Origin: Schmidtea polychroa
Taxonomy: Eukaryota
Direction: 5' to 3'
Assembly (NCBI GenBank): GCA_044892525.1
Contig: CM097886.1
Span: 44,950,001 to 45,014,000 of the forward strand
DNA length: 64,000 bases
In this document: piece by piece, positions 27,618-41,108 of the stretch
Layout: every line of letters begins with the position of its first letter
How positions within the stretch are numbered: position 1 is the stretch's first letter
Notes under the pieces: model-generated
What the model saw: only the letters and a program-made list of their open reading frames with translations
Told to the model about the DNA's origin: nothing
Databases searched by the model: none
Made by a program: the position numbers and the translations under genes

Positions 27618-28455
27618 ATTTATGGGTCTTATTCTAGAATTCAATAATTGTTTAGAATATACTCCATTTCGTTCTCTGTAAACTATATCGCAAAATTTGC
27701 GTTTGTTTAATTAAAAAATTATATTTTTATTGTTTTTTAATTAATTATTTATGTTACTTCGAAATTAAATTTGTTTGAGTTTTATTTTTCAAGTCGGTTC
27801 CCTCTGACTCCTCGTGTTCTTATTTAAACAAATAAATCGAAATCCAACACAAAATAACTTTATTCTAATTCAATCAAATTACAATTTGTCACTTTATTTG
27901 CACCTTTCGCTCAATATAAATATTGCTCACTAAGGTAGATAACTCAAGGGGCAGTCACCTTTTCTGGTACGAGAATTACACTTGTTTTCCAATTACTATA
28001 TTTCGTTTTCCTATCACTGATTGCCTGATTCTCTGAGTTTCTCTTTGTTTCTTCGACCAACTGGCGACTTGTCTGTTTCTGAGCTCTCTTTTTATATTGT
28101 TTTTCAGGGGCCAATTATCTACAGAATTGCAATTAATTATTTCCCGGAATCATAGATAAACATTTGAGGGTTTCCAAATTATTTTAATTTGTTTCTTCTA
28201 GATTCGCACTCGGAATATTCCCTCGTTTATTTGATCGATCGGGTCTCATTGGGTTTTGGGTTTCCTTTAGCCATCTGGTTTCCCATGGACTCGGGCTTCC
28301 ATTGGCTCGAGCTTTCCATTACAGATTAATTAATTTTAATTAATTTGCTTTTTTGCATTAACTTTCTTTGTGAACCCCTTATTAAATTTTCATTATAATT
28401 TCTGACCTTGCCTATCAATTTGGCGTTCAACCATACCCGATACCCCGTTCAATAT

Positions 28456-29092
28456 TGTTGGGTTATTGAGTCGTTGGTGAAATTTAAATTTAATGAATTA
28501 TTTCTCTGACTCCAACCGTGCCTTTTGTTGACCCACAAATAACAATTAACACTGGAAACTTTATTGAATATCACAAATATTTTCACAATGATACAATTGA
28601 CTCAACAAGCTAACTACCGATTATACAGTACTTATTATAACACTATGGTGAGAAGAATAGCATACGCGTATAAGCTTGATTTGACAAATCTCTCACAACT
28701 GAGTATAAAAATTGGTATTTTAACTGGATGTTTTCTAGTTTAACTTGGATTTACTCGCCGAAATTTTGAATTGATTAGATAGAATTGATTATCACAATTG
28801 ATTATGTCTCAAACATTTTTATTTCTCATTCCAATAACTTTTTCAAATAGGAATTTGTTTATATTTAATTGTGTTATTATTAGACTTCGCAAATTAGATA
28901 TAAATTTGACTGATAAGAATCACTTGAAAAAAGCCATGCCAAAAATTTGTGAATTAGTACTAATTAGTACTGACCTTTGCCTTTGTTTTCTTGTCTGATT
29001 TCTTTTGTTTCATTCCTCTTTCTAATTTCCCATTCATTTTTATTTCCATTCTATTCTCCGGGTTCCCCTAAATCGTCCCGTTTGTCGTGACA
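28456..29092 (-). mobile_element. LTR relic, family B, copy 1
   Basis: Minus strand starts TGTCACGACAAACGGGACG and ends CCCAACA, with AATAAA ~105 nt before the end. It shares blocks (TGTTGGGTTATTGAGT, TCTGACTCCAA.CGTG, CCACAAATAACA, AATTAGTACTGACCTT) with 32849-33774. Confidence 0.6.
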
Positions 29093-29949
29093 ATTTTCCC
29101 CAAGTAATTTTATTTATTTATTCATAAATTTGTTATTTAGGTATCCTAAACAATATTGATTTTTGATTTTTAGTAAGTTTTAATTAATTTTACCAATATT
29201 TGTTATGCCTTCCATTTATATATATATATTTTCTCATTTTAGTACTAACCCCAACAATTTTATTTTTACTGAAATTAATTAACCTTTGCACCTTTGTCTT
29301 GACGGACTTTTGTGATAATTTGAATTCCATTTATACATCTCATTAAATTTTTCGAAATGCAGAAAATGTAAACACATTGAAAACATTTTAGAAGTAAATC
29401 TTTCTGATGTACGCTATTCGATATTCGAATGGAAACTATATTGGAAATTCTATTATGATTAGATGATACTAAAATTTGTTTCTTACCACTTTATTCTGGC
29501 ATATATCCATTTTCTTGTCACAGAAGATTGCAATTGAAGAGGTTAGAAATTGCAATTATCAGTGGCTTGTTCAATATATTTTGAGATATCATTTTTACTA
29601 AACTTATTTTGATATTAGATAAATCTTCAGTAAAATATTTCTTAGTTATCAATAAAGTAGAATACTTTTGGGAACAGTTCTACTCTTGAATGAGTATATA
29701 CCAACGTCATATACATAATCTTATGAAGTGGAGCAAATCAAACAAGGTTTTAAAATCTTTCCCCATTAAGGTACCATCTATTGTACAAAGATAAAAATAA
29801 TCTACTTTTATTGTTTATAGGAAAATTAAACTCTTATTTGTAATTTTCTATTAGAACTGAACGATAAAGTTTTATTAAATTCAGCAATTTTTATTTCAAA
29901 ACCTTATTCAAATAACCCTAATTTTTTTGCAACAATTACACCTCCACTC

Positions 29950-30780
29950 GAACTCAAGCTCGAAATTGTCCTTGAACCAATTTGGAAATCTTCGAATTCA
30001 GTCTTATCATCACAATTCGTGACTCCCAGAATTAAGGCTTCTTTGATCTAAAGATGAAAATTCTGTTTTTACTTTCATCGGACGAGCTACTGTTTATTCT
30101 GTCGTCATTATTATTTCCTTAGACTAATCTGAAGTCCGATACATGTCGATTAATATCATCCACTGATATTGATGTTTCAGAGATCCAAGTTTCTATGCCG
30201 TAAAACATCGAGCTCCTCCAGGCTTTACATAAACTATTTTTTACATAAACCAGGGATTGTGCAAAGGTTTGGCTTGAAACTTGAATGAATATCCCTAACA
30301 TATTGTGATCTAAGATTTTCTGGGAAAAAATCTATGCTAACATCAAATATACAGTTCACTCTGTGTCCCGCGCCACTGATGGCATCGTCCTTTCACCTGC
30401 TAATGGACTTTTCCCACAATACCGTTTACCAGTAAACCATCTTTATGCGGAATACTTCACACTTCATTGGAGTGGAAAGTTCTACAACTGTCCAAGAGTA
30501 TTTTCAACGGTACACCAATTAAAGATGATCATAAACGTATACGGAATTGCTATAATGCGTTGTATGCACTGATAGGCTTTATCAAACCTTTTGTCCAAGG
30601 ATCGACACGTTTACAAGTTTGACAATGTTCTACAATTTTTTTAACTACGGATGAATCTATATTTTTAGCTATGAACAATGTTCGGTTTTATTCAAACTAG
30701 TTGAATGAGTTATATTGACGCTCGAACATTCACTTGGCCCAATCCTTTCGCGCAGACGAATCAACCATATAATTTTCCAA
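29950..30780 (-). pseudogene. Degraded LTR-retrotransposon integrase
   Basis: RTLFIAKNIDSSVVKKIVEHCQTCKRVDP (Zn finger), GVPLKILLDSCRTFHS and NGIVGKVH*QVK (core), with many stops. Confidence 0.65.
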
Positions 30781-31297
30781 AATGATTTTATAATTTCTTC
30801 CGTATAGGTCAGCATTACTAAACCTTATGCTTATGGTGATAGAGAAGGATATTTTAGTCAATACAGACAAAATAAGAGAGAAAAGAAGAGCCAATGCTCC
30901 GTGTATAAGTAAATATTTAAAAATCCTTTGTAATTAATATGTATTTGTATAACCCCATGTTAAAATTATCTTTTATATATTTGTTCATAATACACATAAT
31001 TAATTATGCTTTTTTTAAAGGCCGATTCCCCTGGTTTTGCCGAGCAGCTTAAATCTCTCAGTGCGCTACTGGTTTAATCTGGTTTTATCCATGTTTAATT
31101 AATTTTTTGTAACCCTAACAAATAATAAATTTAGAACAATGAATAAATTATTTAAAGGTGATAAATAAATCATAGCTTTAATACTTCTAATGGCATTCTA
31201 ACATTATAAAACTGTAGAAATTCAAGCAAATCAGATGAATTAAATTGCAATAATTATTTCTTTAAATTCAGAATTAATACTCAAAATAAAGTTGAAA

Positions 31298-32239
31298 TTA
31301 TCCATTTTGATTAAAAATAATTGGATTTCTTAAGTATAAAGCATAACTTGGTGGTGGGATAGTATTCATATTTGGTCCTCCTTTTAAGTTTTCTAAACTA
31401 TCTGACATACTATTTTCTGGGGAAGTCTCCATGGGAAACTTTTCTTCAACTGGTATTGTTGTAAAATTGTTAAATCCAATAATTTCGTCATAGGAAGGAG
31501 GAGTTGTTGGAAGTATTGCTATAGAGTTGCATGGCTCGTTTACAGCAGATTGAACACGAGATTGGTCAGAAGGAGCAGTAGGGACATTCGCAATAGGCAT
31601 TTGTTCAAATTGTATTTCTTCAATTTTAGAGGGATCACGAACTTTAACATTGGAGCTTTTAGTAAATCTACATACAATGCATAATACCATTAGAGAAACA
31701 ATACTTATTCCAATATACAGAGTCAAATAATACCATTTTGTATATTTAGAGCACTGCATTTGCTTCAACTCTATCTCAATGTTGGAAAGATTTTGTGAAC
31801 TTCTTGAAACAAAACATCCATAGTTATACGATACTGAAACTGTATATCCACCTTTTGGTTGTGATTCGCAACATTTTCTAGTCCGGCGTCGTTCACATGT
31901 GGTGTTGGTCACCGGCCTCCAGTAAGACCAAGTTTCCCATGGACACCAATTTTTATAACTTAAACAGTTTTCTTGGAAGCAAACTCCTAGCACAGAATTT
32001 AGATTACTTACAAATGGTTTCGTATCTATATAATTTCTTAATTCACGTCTATTAGATGAGCAAGCTGAGCCTTGAGATTGAACATTGTCACATAGGCAAT
32101 ATCTATGATATCCTTTCATGCAATGATGTTTAACCCATTCACATTGTATAGTTGATGACCATGAACTCCAATTACATGCAGATCGAGGTGCAATAAGCCA
32201 CCAATTGAATAAACAACAGATTAAAAGGATACTAGTCAT
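31298..32239 (-). CDS. Intronless type I membrane protein: signal peptide, two thrombospondin type-1-like (WxxW) repeats, TM, cytoplasmic PTAP and 2x PPxY (313 aa)
   Basis: CNWSSWSS..C..RYC and CPWETWSYW..CERRRTRKC; TM at aa ~169-190; PTAP at aa 220-223; PPSY at aa 247-250 and 296-299. Confidence 0.8.
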   Translation of the reverse strand: MTSILLICCLFNWWLIAPRSACNWSSWSSTIQCEWVKHHCMKGYHRYCLCDNVQSQGSACSSNRRELRNYIDTKPFVSNLNSVLGVCFQENCLSYKNWCPWETWSYWRPVTNTTCERRRTRKCCESQPKGGYTVSVSYNYGCFVSRSSQNLSNIEIELKQMQCSKYTKWYYLTLYIGISIVSLMVLCIVCRFTKSSNVKVRDPSKIEEIQFEQMPIANVPTAPSDQSRVQSAVNEPCNSIAILPTTPPSYDEIIGFNNFTTIPVEEKFPMETSPENSMSDSLENLKGGPNMNTIPPPSYALYLRNPIIFNQNG

Positions 32240-32848
32240 AAATAATAACTAAATTAATAACTATTAGTTCAACTATTCAACGATTTGATGATGATTTGTT
32301 TACATCGACAGGATCGCTAATTGGCATGACGGATTTGTAATAAAGCTTAATTATTTCATTTCGTTTGGAATCACAATTGAATGTTTGAAATTTATTTAAT
32401 GTGAATGGATTGCCATTCATACAAATCGGTATTCTTGAAATAAATAAAAACTCACAACTTATCTAGTACTTATTTGAACAAAATTGGATTAATAATTTAT
32501 CAAACCGTTTGTACACACTCGGTACTGTGATCAATTCCCTATGGAACATCATAACCTTGTTTACCACATCCCTTACAAAGTAAGAAAGATAGATATTTAT
32601 TGGATGTTTATTGAAATAGATATTTGTAATACTAAGCAAAAATGCAGTAGAATTAGGCACTAAAATATTGTTCATTACAAATGGCTCTATAAGAAATTAT
32701 TTGAAATGAACTTTTTTATATTTTTCACGCCTGATCTTAGGAATTAAATATAGAAAATCCATCTTCAGAAAAATAAATGTTTAAAAATTTGATTTAAATT
32801 ACGGTTTCAGATAATTCATTTCTCAGGTATGATTCTAGAATTGGCTAT

Positions 32849-33774
32849 TGTTGGGTTATTGAGTTGGTGATAAATTTAAATGTTACTCTGACTCCAAGCG
32901 TGTCTTTGACTGATCCACAAATAACACTTGACAACAGAAATCTTTATTGATAATCACAAATAACTTTCACTTTACACTGACAATAAATTCAACACTTGGG
33001 CTTGGTGACTATACAAGGCTTATTACAACACTCAGTGAGGAACAGCACTTGCGTATAACACCGGATTAAAAGATCACAAATTACTGATTTATCAACTGGG
33101 ACTTTGAGCTGGTTGTTTTCTTTGACCTTCACAAGTTTATTCAAATAATCAAGTAACTTCTTTTCGTTTTATTTTTCAGCTAATTCTTTTATTCAAATCT
33201 TTTCCAACAATTATTCTTCACAATTATTTTCTTTACAATTTTTTTTCACAATCGTTTCTCCAACAACGTTTCGTCCAACGTTGTCTAATTTTTCTCCAAT
33301 AATTTTATCTCTCAAATCGTCTCACAAATTGTCTCTACCAAATTGTCTTAATTTCACGTCAGTTTTTGTCTCTAATTTTGGGCTCATTTTGTCTCTACTA
33401 GTTTCTCTTTATATAGTTTGCTTCTATTGTGGCACTCAAAATAATCAAGTGTTTTACCACTTTTTTCTCCTGCTTTCCCCATCTGTTCCATTTTTATCTC
33501 CGACGGCTGTCAAGCTATTTTCCCTCTTTCCTTTTTTGTTTAACCGCCTTCTCCCAGCAATTACGTTATCACTGGCAGGCTGTTGAGATAAGAATATTGT
33601 TGTTTTCTTTTTTCCCGATTCCAAAATTCCTTTTTGTACTAATTAATTAGTACTGACCTTAGTTTTGATTTTCATGTTTGATTTCTTTTGTTTCTCTCCT
33701 CTTTCTCATTTCTCATTTCTTTCTTTCCGCTTTCTTTTCTGAGTTCCCGTAGATCGTCCCGTTTATCGTGGCGA
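32849..33774 (-). mobile_element. LTR relic, family B, copy 2, preceded by a G-rich polypurine tract
   Basis: Homologous ends to 28456-29092. On the minus strand GGGGGGGGGGGTGAAGA (33775-33791) lies immediately upstream of TCGCCACGATAAACGGGACG. Confidence 0.6.
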
Positions 33775-35116
33775 TCTTCACCCCCCCCCCCAGGTAATTT
33801 AATTTATTTCTTTATAAATTATTATTTAGGTGTCCTCAACACTATCCATAAAATAATTATGGTTTCCTATTCGAATTAGGGATTTAGAAATTAGTTCAAT
33901 ATCTCAAATATAATTTATAATGAAACATTGGATAGTATTTCAAAGATTTTTTTTTCAATTATATATTATTTTTCAGTTGCAATAACATTATAATTTGAAG
34001 TATTTAATAAAATTTTTAGAGACTATTTTTTAACTAAAATAATTATTTTTTAAAAAAATCTTTTGTTTTACGATTCCAAAATTTTAATCTTTTATAAACC
34101 CTTCAGTTTTTACCATTAAACTTTATTATTAGTACGTTTATAAAATATTTTTTAAATTTTTTAAATATTATAAATATTTGTACTTACAGTTTCTAAGTTT
34201 TCACATTTTAAATTTTCATACAATTCAGTGCAAAATCTTAGAATATATTTTTCCATAAGTTTATTCTCCTTATATAAAAATCACAAAAAATCTCATGTTT
34301 AAATTTCCTAAAAAAATTACAATGAATCAAGGTGAGATGTTTAATCTCGATAGCAAATGAATCATGTTTACTAGGAAGGGTACATATTTACGTTTTCATT
34401 AATGATTAATTTGTGATTTCTGGAGCGCAGATCAATGGTTATTTATTTCATTTTAACCAATCTTAGTCGACAAAGTTTAAAATCTTCGTTTTATACTCAT
34501 TAAATATATGTAATGGAGTCTTCCATTTTTGCTTATTGGTGAAACAATTGATCTAATGGTTTTTGAATGCCATTTTCTATTATTACTTTTCAATATGCAA
34601 AACATATGATTCTGTATTTTTTGGAATAAAGAAAAAACATTATCATTAAATAATATCATTCAAGATTACAGAAAATGATCCGAAATACAAATACAATGAA
34701 ATAAAAGTTTTTATAATTTAGTATGTAGCTATGGACTTACAGCCGCATTTTAGTACCCCCTTACAACTCAATAATTAAACAAATATTTTCATTAATTATT
34801 TCCTTTTATTTCATTATTTTAATTTAATTAATTAATTATAATTTTATTTCTTTATTTTATTATTTAATTTAATTTATTTTAGTTTAAATTTAAATTATTA
34901 ATTCTTATCAGTAATTCTTATTACTCCTTTTACTAATTTACGCAAACTGAGACAAAAATGTTCAAAATATAAAAGATATATTAGTCAAATTTATTATACA
35001 TTTAATTCTAAAAAAAATCAATAAAAATAAATTTTATAACAAAGATTTATTTAAATAACATCCGGTATATCTTCAGCTGTTTCTTTGAATTGCGATAATG
35101 ATGGACCCGGATCGAA

Positions 35117-35876
35117 TTATTGAACAACAAATGAGTCACCTCCCATATAATGCATATATGCATAACTTTTATTTTTCCCCACCCAAACCCTTTTATCATC
35201 TGCGTTGGTAAGTGCAATTTTTTCATTTTTTATGGTGAATAGCTGGTGATTTTTGCTAGTTATTCTAGTTTGCGGTACAGAAAAAATTTGGTTAGTATTA
35301 TAACAATCCAGGTACGACTGATGTTTTATGTCACTACCTTTCAATGTTACTCCTTTAGCCTTTTTTAGTCTCATCATCACCTAAGAAACTATAACATTTA
35401 GGTCTAAGAAAAACCCATTCCTTATATTTTATACCTTTATTATCGACTTTGAACTTCCCAATGACAGAATCAATGTTTCTACTGTACAATGAATGACTAG
35501 GATCGTAATTAGAAGTGTCTAGTAAATTATCACGGATCATGGGTGGTAAAAGAACATCAAGTTTGCAATTAATTACTTCAAGGAAAAATGAATCCGTATC
35601 ACCTGCAACGATAATAATTTTACAGTTGAATTCGTTACGATATTTTTGTAACTCTTCATACTGCAACTGATACATTCTAAGTTTCGATAAGTCCAGTACA
35701 GTTTGGCCAATGTAACTGGGTCTATCTAAACCAGGGGTCTCAAACACGCGGCCCGCAACGAAAAAACATAGATTTGTAATTTAACCAAACTTATTTAACA
35801 ATTAAAATCATAATTGGCTGTATAAATTAAAACTTATCTTTTTAATTATTTTTATTTATACATATGACGTTATACA

Positions 35877-35954
<78 letters not shown>

Positions 35955-36480
35955 CATTCTTAATAATAAAAAAATGTTTTTTAGTTTTGTTGAGTTTTTA
36001 ATTAAATAAATATTAACGTCGGAGTTTCAGACTCCACATGTTCTGAAAAACAATTATTTATGTTGCGGCCCGCCGGCTCATAATACTAGTCTAATGCGGC
36101 CCGCAGGCCAGTTTGAGTTTGAAACCCCTGATCTAAACAAATAGCTTCCTTATTTAGCAAGACTGATACTAAGTCATTGTCAATTTCATAAGTCCTTTTA
36201 AACGTTGGTTTAGATGTATATGTAATTAGCCTAGAAGCCGAATGACATAGCCGCAAATCAGACGTTTTTTTCAGATTCTCTACGGTCTTGCTGTAAAGAC
36301 TATTATTTCATAACTTATAATAATTTTTATCCAAGGCATTACTCGATTCTGACCTAAGTCGGGTTTAGGTATCAATGAAATCTTTAAAAATATTGATATG
36401 GTATTTACTTTGACACATCAATAACCAGAATCTGAAGCTTAATACTAGGAAAATACCTACGACCTAAAGCGTTTACAGAA
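35117..36480 (-). pseudogene. Polinton/Maverick-type protein-primed DNA polymerase B relic, interrupted by a hAT MITE
   Basis: YKL*NNSLYSKTVENLKKR (~36290), LDRPSYIGQTVLDLSKLRMY, GDTDSF, GKFK, LRPKCYS, KKAKGV and KIALTNADDKR. Confidence 0.85.
35732..36130. mobile_element. hAT MITE, 399 bp, containing an (ATT)n microsatellite
   Basis: TIRs CAGGGGTCTCAAAC / GTTTGAAACCCCTG with a perfect TSD ATCTAAAC; (ATT)n at ~35878-35955. Confidence 0.92.
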
Positions 36481-36760
36481 ATTTCTTATTGGTACAAAAA
36501 ATCACCAATTATATAGTTTCAAAAGTTCTAAAAAGACATTGACAAAAAGGACGATGAAAGGTTTTGGATAGGTAAAAATAAAAGCTGTATATTTGGACAT
36601 GTAAGGTTAAATAATAATATTAAACATAGATATTGTTGAAAATGATGATGATCACAGTGAATTAGATGACAGAGAAATTGAAGATAATGAAGATCAATTA
36701 ATTGATATAGACGATATTCAATTCTCTGACGATGATGAGGAATTTTATTTAATAAACTTT
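36480..36760 (+). pseudogene. Second PolB C-terminal fragment in opposite orientation
   Basis: TKNHQLYSFKSSKKTL..DDERFWIGKNKSCIFGH versus SKNHQLFTIKNEKIALTNADDKRVWVGKNKSYAYMH in ORF 35117-35380. Confidence 0.6.
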
Positions 36761-38483
36761 TATAAAAATTATCATTGTTGATTTTTTTTTGTTTTATTTT
36801 AGGTGTCGTTTTTTTAAAAATCAGTTACCGATATTATTATCGTGTTATTAGTACTGGGTGGTTTGTACTTGGTTCTTACTACTTGGTTGCTGGTACCTAA
36901 TTGTTGGTACTTATTTATTAGTACCTGATGAATGGTNNNNNNNNNNNNNNNNNNNNNNNNNNNNNNNNNNNNNNNNNNNNNNNNNNNNNNNNNNNNNNNN
37001 NNNNNNNNNNNNNNNNNNNNNNNNNNNNNNNNNNNNNNNNNNNNNNNNNNNNNNNNNNNNNNNNNNNNNNNNNNNNNNNNNNNNNNNNNNNNNNNNNNNN
37101 NNNNNNNNNNNNNNNNNNNNNNNNNNNNNNNNNNNNNNNNNNNNNNNNNNNNNNNNNNNNNNNNNNNNNNNNNNNNNNNNNNNNNNNNNNNNNNNNNNNN
37201 NNNNNNNNNNNNNNNNNNNNNNNNNNNNNNATTCATTCAAATTTGCTTAAAAATTTACCTTAAAAGTTGTCTTTGTAAATTATTGCATTAAAATTTTCAT
37301 TACTTCTTAAAATTTGTCACAAGACATCGTTTCATAAAGATATGTTACTTTTAAAAATTATTTTATCTTACTTATTTAAAAATTATTACATATTTTCTTT
37401 AATTTCTCAGAAGACATCGATTCTTCAATGTATCTTACCATAAATGCCTGTACAAAAATCCTGGAACCAAAATACCTTTTCACTATAGTGCTTCAGATTG
37501 ACATAAAACATATTGGCTCTCTACACCTTAGTTCATTTTAATCTGAAAATCTTTAGCCTAAAATAACCCCTCCCTATAATGCTTCACATTGACATAGGGA
37601 GGGGGTTTCATCGGATGGCCTTGCTGCAGTGTCCGAATATTACTACCAATTATTATTCGGATCATAATTTTGACGAAGTTCAAGTTGAGTATCAAACAAA
37701 AGAACGATTATTTTTATAAGATTATTGAACAATTACCAAACGTTGTGCAAATGTATATTTTTTCATGGTGAATTGTTAAAGTGTACAATAAACAAAAGAT
37801 AATTAGTGATATTTATAAAATTGTAAAAATGGTTGCTATGACATTTTAAAATTATATATCGTCCCTATTTAAAAGCTCTTTATTATATGATAAATGTACA
37901 TTGTGTGAAACTCATTTGATATTAATATTATTCTTTTTAACGCCAACAGTATATTTTATTAATAGTAGTAATAAAATATAAATATACAAGAGAACTAGAG
38001 ATTATACGAATAAAATTTTCAACCAAAACTCGTGTCAAATCTAATTCATATAGTTGTCCTTTAGCATCTGGATATTACTGTAGAATTCATTTCGTTTATT
38101 AATGATCTTTTCACTGAATGAATTATGTACATATATAGATATATTTGTAGCATTATATTTACATGTCAACATCATCAACAGGTTTTAGGTTAGATCCCTA
38201 AAAGTACATCATGATAGAAGTGTAATAAATTTATCATACAAATGGCTTATAGACTTCTTTAAGATCATTTACTACCTCATAGATTTTATGTACGTAATCA
38301 GCTCTATAAATAAACCTATTAAATTTAATTTAATTTCGTAAATCGTAAACCTTTCACGGCTTAGGTTTTCTTTTGACATTTGGACATTCTTTTCATTGTC
38401 TTTCATACGATCTTTCTTTAAAGTGAGTTTCTGTTGAAAACTTTAACAATTTGAAAATCAAGAATCGATTCGAAAAGTTAAAT

Positions 38484-38840
38484 GATGTATTGGATGATAA
38501 TTATATTATTGGATGATAATTATATTATTGGATATAATTATATTATTTTTAAACAAGGTTACGTGGCGCCTTGTCGTTTCGTTTGGGTTAGGCAGTGTTC
38601 GAAAATTTGAATAAAAACCTATATAGCGATAATTTACCTTAGTAAATTCATAAAAAAAACTAAGATAATTCTTAAATTTGCGAATCTAAAGTTTCAATAC
38701 TAATCAAGAAGATTCGAGTTCTAATACCAGGATAATTCTTAAATTTGCGAATCTAAAGTTTCAAAACTAATTAAGAAGATCCAAGTTCTAATACCAAAAA
38801 TTCAGATTTTAATATAAATTAGAAGATTCAAGTTCTAATA
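38484..38840. repeat. Short tandem repeats (~20-nt unit x3 at 38484-38545; ~67-nt unit x2-3 at 38660-38840)
   Basis: ATTGGATGATAATTATATT repeated; GATAATTCTTAAATTTGCGAATCTAAAGTTTCAA..AAGAAGAT..AGTTCTAATA repeated. Confidence 0.75.
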
Positions 38841-39579
38841 AAGAAAAAGCCAATCTTAAATATACATCGAAAAGTATTTTTATCATAAAACGAAACAAGA
38901 TCCTAAGAAAATTTAAATCATAACTCAATTACAATTACTTACAATTATAGATAAACCTATCCCCAATTATAAGGTGCTTATTTTTATTATAAATAAAAGT
39001 TGTTGTTGATTAAGTTATTTATTATTAATATTTTTAATTATGGTAAGTATTGTAACTTGTAAACCCAGCAAACATTCGCTAGTAACATACACATACCCCG
39101 ATTGTCCCGCCACACTTTTTTATCGGTGACTCTATCGGGTCCTTCATATCTCTTTTACATAAATTAACAAGACATAAATTAANNNNNNNNNNNNNNNNNN
39201 NNNNNNNNNNNNNNNNNNNNNNNNNNNNNNNNNNNNNNNNNNNNNNNNNNNNNNNNNNNNNNNNNNNNNNNNNNNNNNNNNNNNNNNNNNNNNNNNNNNN
39301 NNNNNNNNNNNNNNNGCTTGTACATAATATTGTAACTGAAGATACAATTTTATATGCACACCAAAAAGTTGGACATCTTTAATTTTTAAAATATTATTTT
39401 TGGATTTTGACCATTCATAAAAACTTTCAAAATGACTCTTGCAATACCCTTGATTGCCTTGTATCACCACAATAAGTATTCGGCTATCCTAAGAAAAACC
39501 CTTCAAAACGAATTATTGATCGCCAAAATACTTGGTCAGTAACTTTCAATAATCAACTTTGAATTAGCGGGCCCCTACT

Positions 39580-40120
39580 TTAAAGTCGATTTGACCTACA
39601 TTATTTTTTATAAAATTTTCGATTATTAAAAGTTTTCAAAATATCCCTTATTTATTACGCATTACATATTGTCACTCTTTCTACCCTCAAAATTATTTTT
39701 TAATAAAACTATAGAATCTGTGTATTATTTAAACTATATAGCGTGCGTGTTTTTAACTTAATTTGGCCCACCAGGGTCATACTTTTAAAGTCGATTAATT
39801 AAACTATATAGTGTGTGTGTGACTTATATATTAATTAAACTATATAGATTATGTATTTGTTCCAGTGGGCCCATAGTTTTAAACTCGATTTTAGATACAT
39901 AATTTTCGATTTTTAAAAATTCTTAAAAGTTGTTGAAATATCAGTAATTTATTGCCCATTATATAGTCACTTTTTCTACCCCAAAAGTATTATTAAAAAT
40001 ATATAGTGTCTGTGTGTGACTTATATATTAAACTACATAGGATATGTCTTTGTCCCAGTGGGCCCATGGCTTTAAAGTCTATTTGAAAAACCATTAAATT
40101 GGATTGACCTACATAATTTT
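39580..40120. repeat. Imperfect local duplications / minisatellite-like block
   Basis: Recurring TTTAAAGTCGAT, AAACTATATAG, GTGTGACTTATATATTAA and CCAGTGGGCCCAT. Confidence 0.55.
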
Positions 40121-40570
40121 TTCATGACCTACATAAAAATTTGGTGGTTTTCATAGTTACGTTACATACTTTTTGCATCTTGTATAATATTACTAGTTTT
40201 TTAGAAAATACCTATTCTTCGGGGGTGGCAGTGGTTTCCCCCAAAGGGCAAATATCTATCTACTGAAGTCATATATAGACGCTATAGTATTTGCAATTTT
40301 ATCTTTTGATTCTAAATTGTTGTTATTTTTACTTGTATAAACATTACCCGTAATATTCTAACAATTCAAAAGCTAGTATTTATTTGAACCGGATGTTTTT
40401 TTTAACAAAAAGTAATGTCATAAGTGGTCAGTCAAATTATTATTGTAAAATTTTTAAACATATTTAATAGATATTTTGCACAATTAATTACTAAAAATTC
40501 TAATTTATGCTACTTAAGTATTAGTATCATCCTAAATGGCTAGAGCAATGTCAGATAAGAATCAGCACAA

Positions 40571-41108
40571 TCTAATATATAAGGATGAAAGTTTGTTTGT
40601 TTTCTACAGAATTCCCCATCGTTGGACCTAGGGTGCTGAAATTTTGCATGTGGCCTTCATTTGACTCGGGACAGGTCATAGGATATGTTTCGCCCCCAGG
40701 TAACCACCGCTAGGGTACCCTTAATCGGTTTTTTGTCTGTCCACTCAGCAATTTACCATATAAATAATAATTTATTATATTCTTGCTACTTGCAGTTGAA
40801 AGTATATAATTTAGTCAAAAGTTTTCAAATCAGAATTCAAACATAGAGAATTTGAATTTAATTTGATTAGTAAACCAGTTTGCAATTGGAAAAATATTGC
40901 CAGTTATTTTTCGATTTAAATTGGAGTGCGTTTTCGATTTTACAAATTGAAATTTATTTTGAAAGCTTTTCTTATTGTGAATTAAACATGGAATTGAAGC
41001 TGTTATAAAATTAATACTGGAACGTAATAACATCATTAAACAAAAAATTAATTTAAATGAATTTTTATAATAAATGTAAACGCGGGCAAAGCCGGGTACA
41101 ACAGCTAA
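40571..41108 (+). mobile_element. Non-autonomous Helitron (~540 bp)
   Basis: A|TCTAATATATAAGGATGAAAGTTTGTTTG 5' end; 3' GC hairpin CGCGGGCAAAGCCGGG followed by CTAA|T. Matches the TC..CTRR pattern at an A|T site. Confidence 0.75.
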
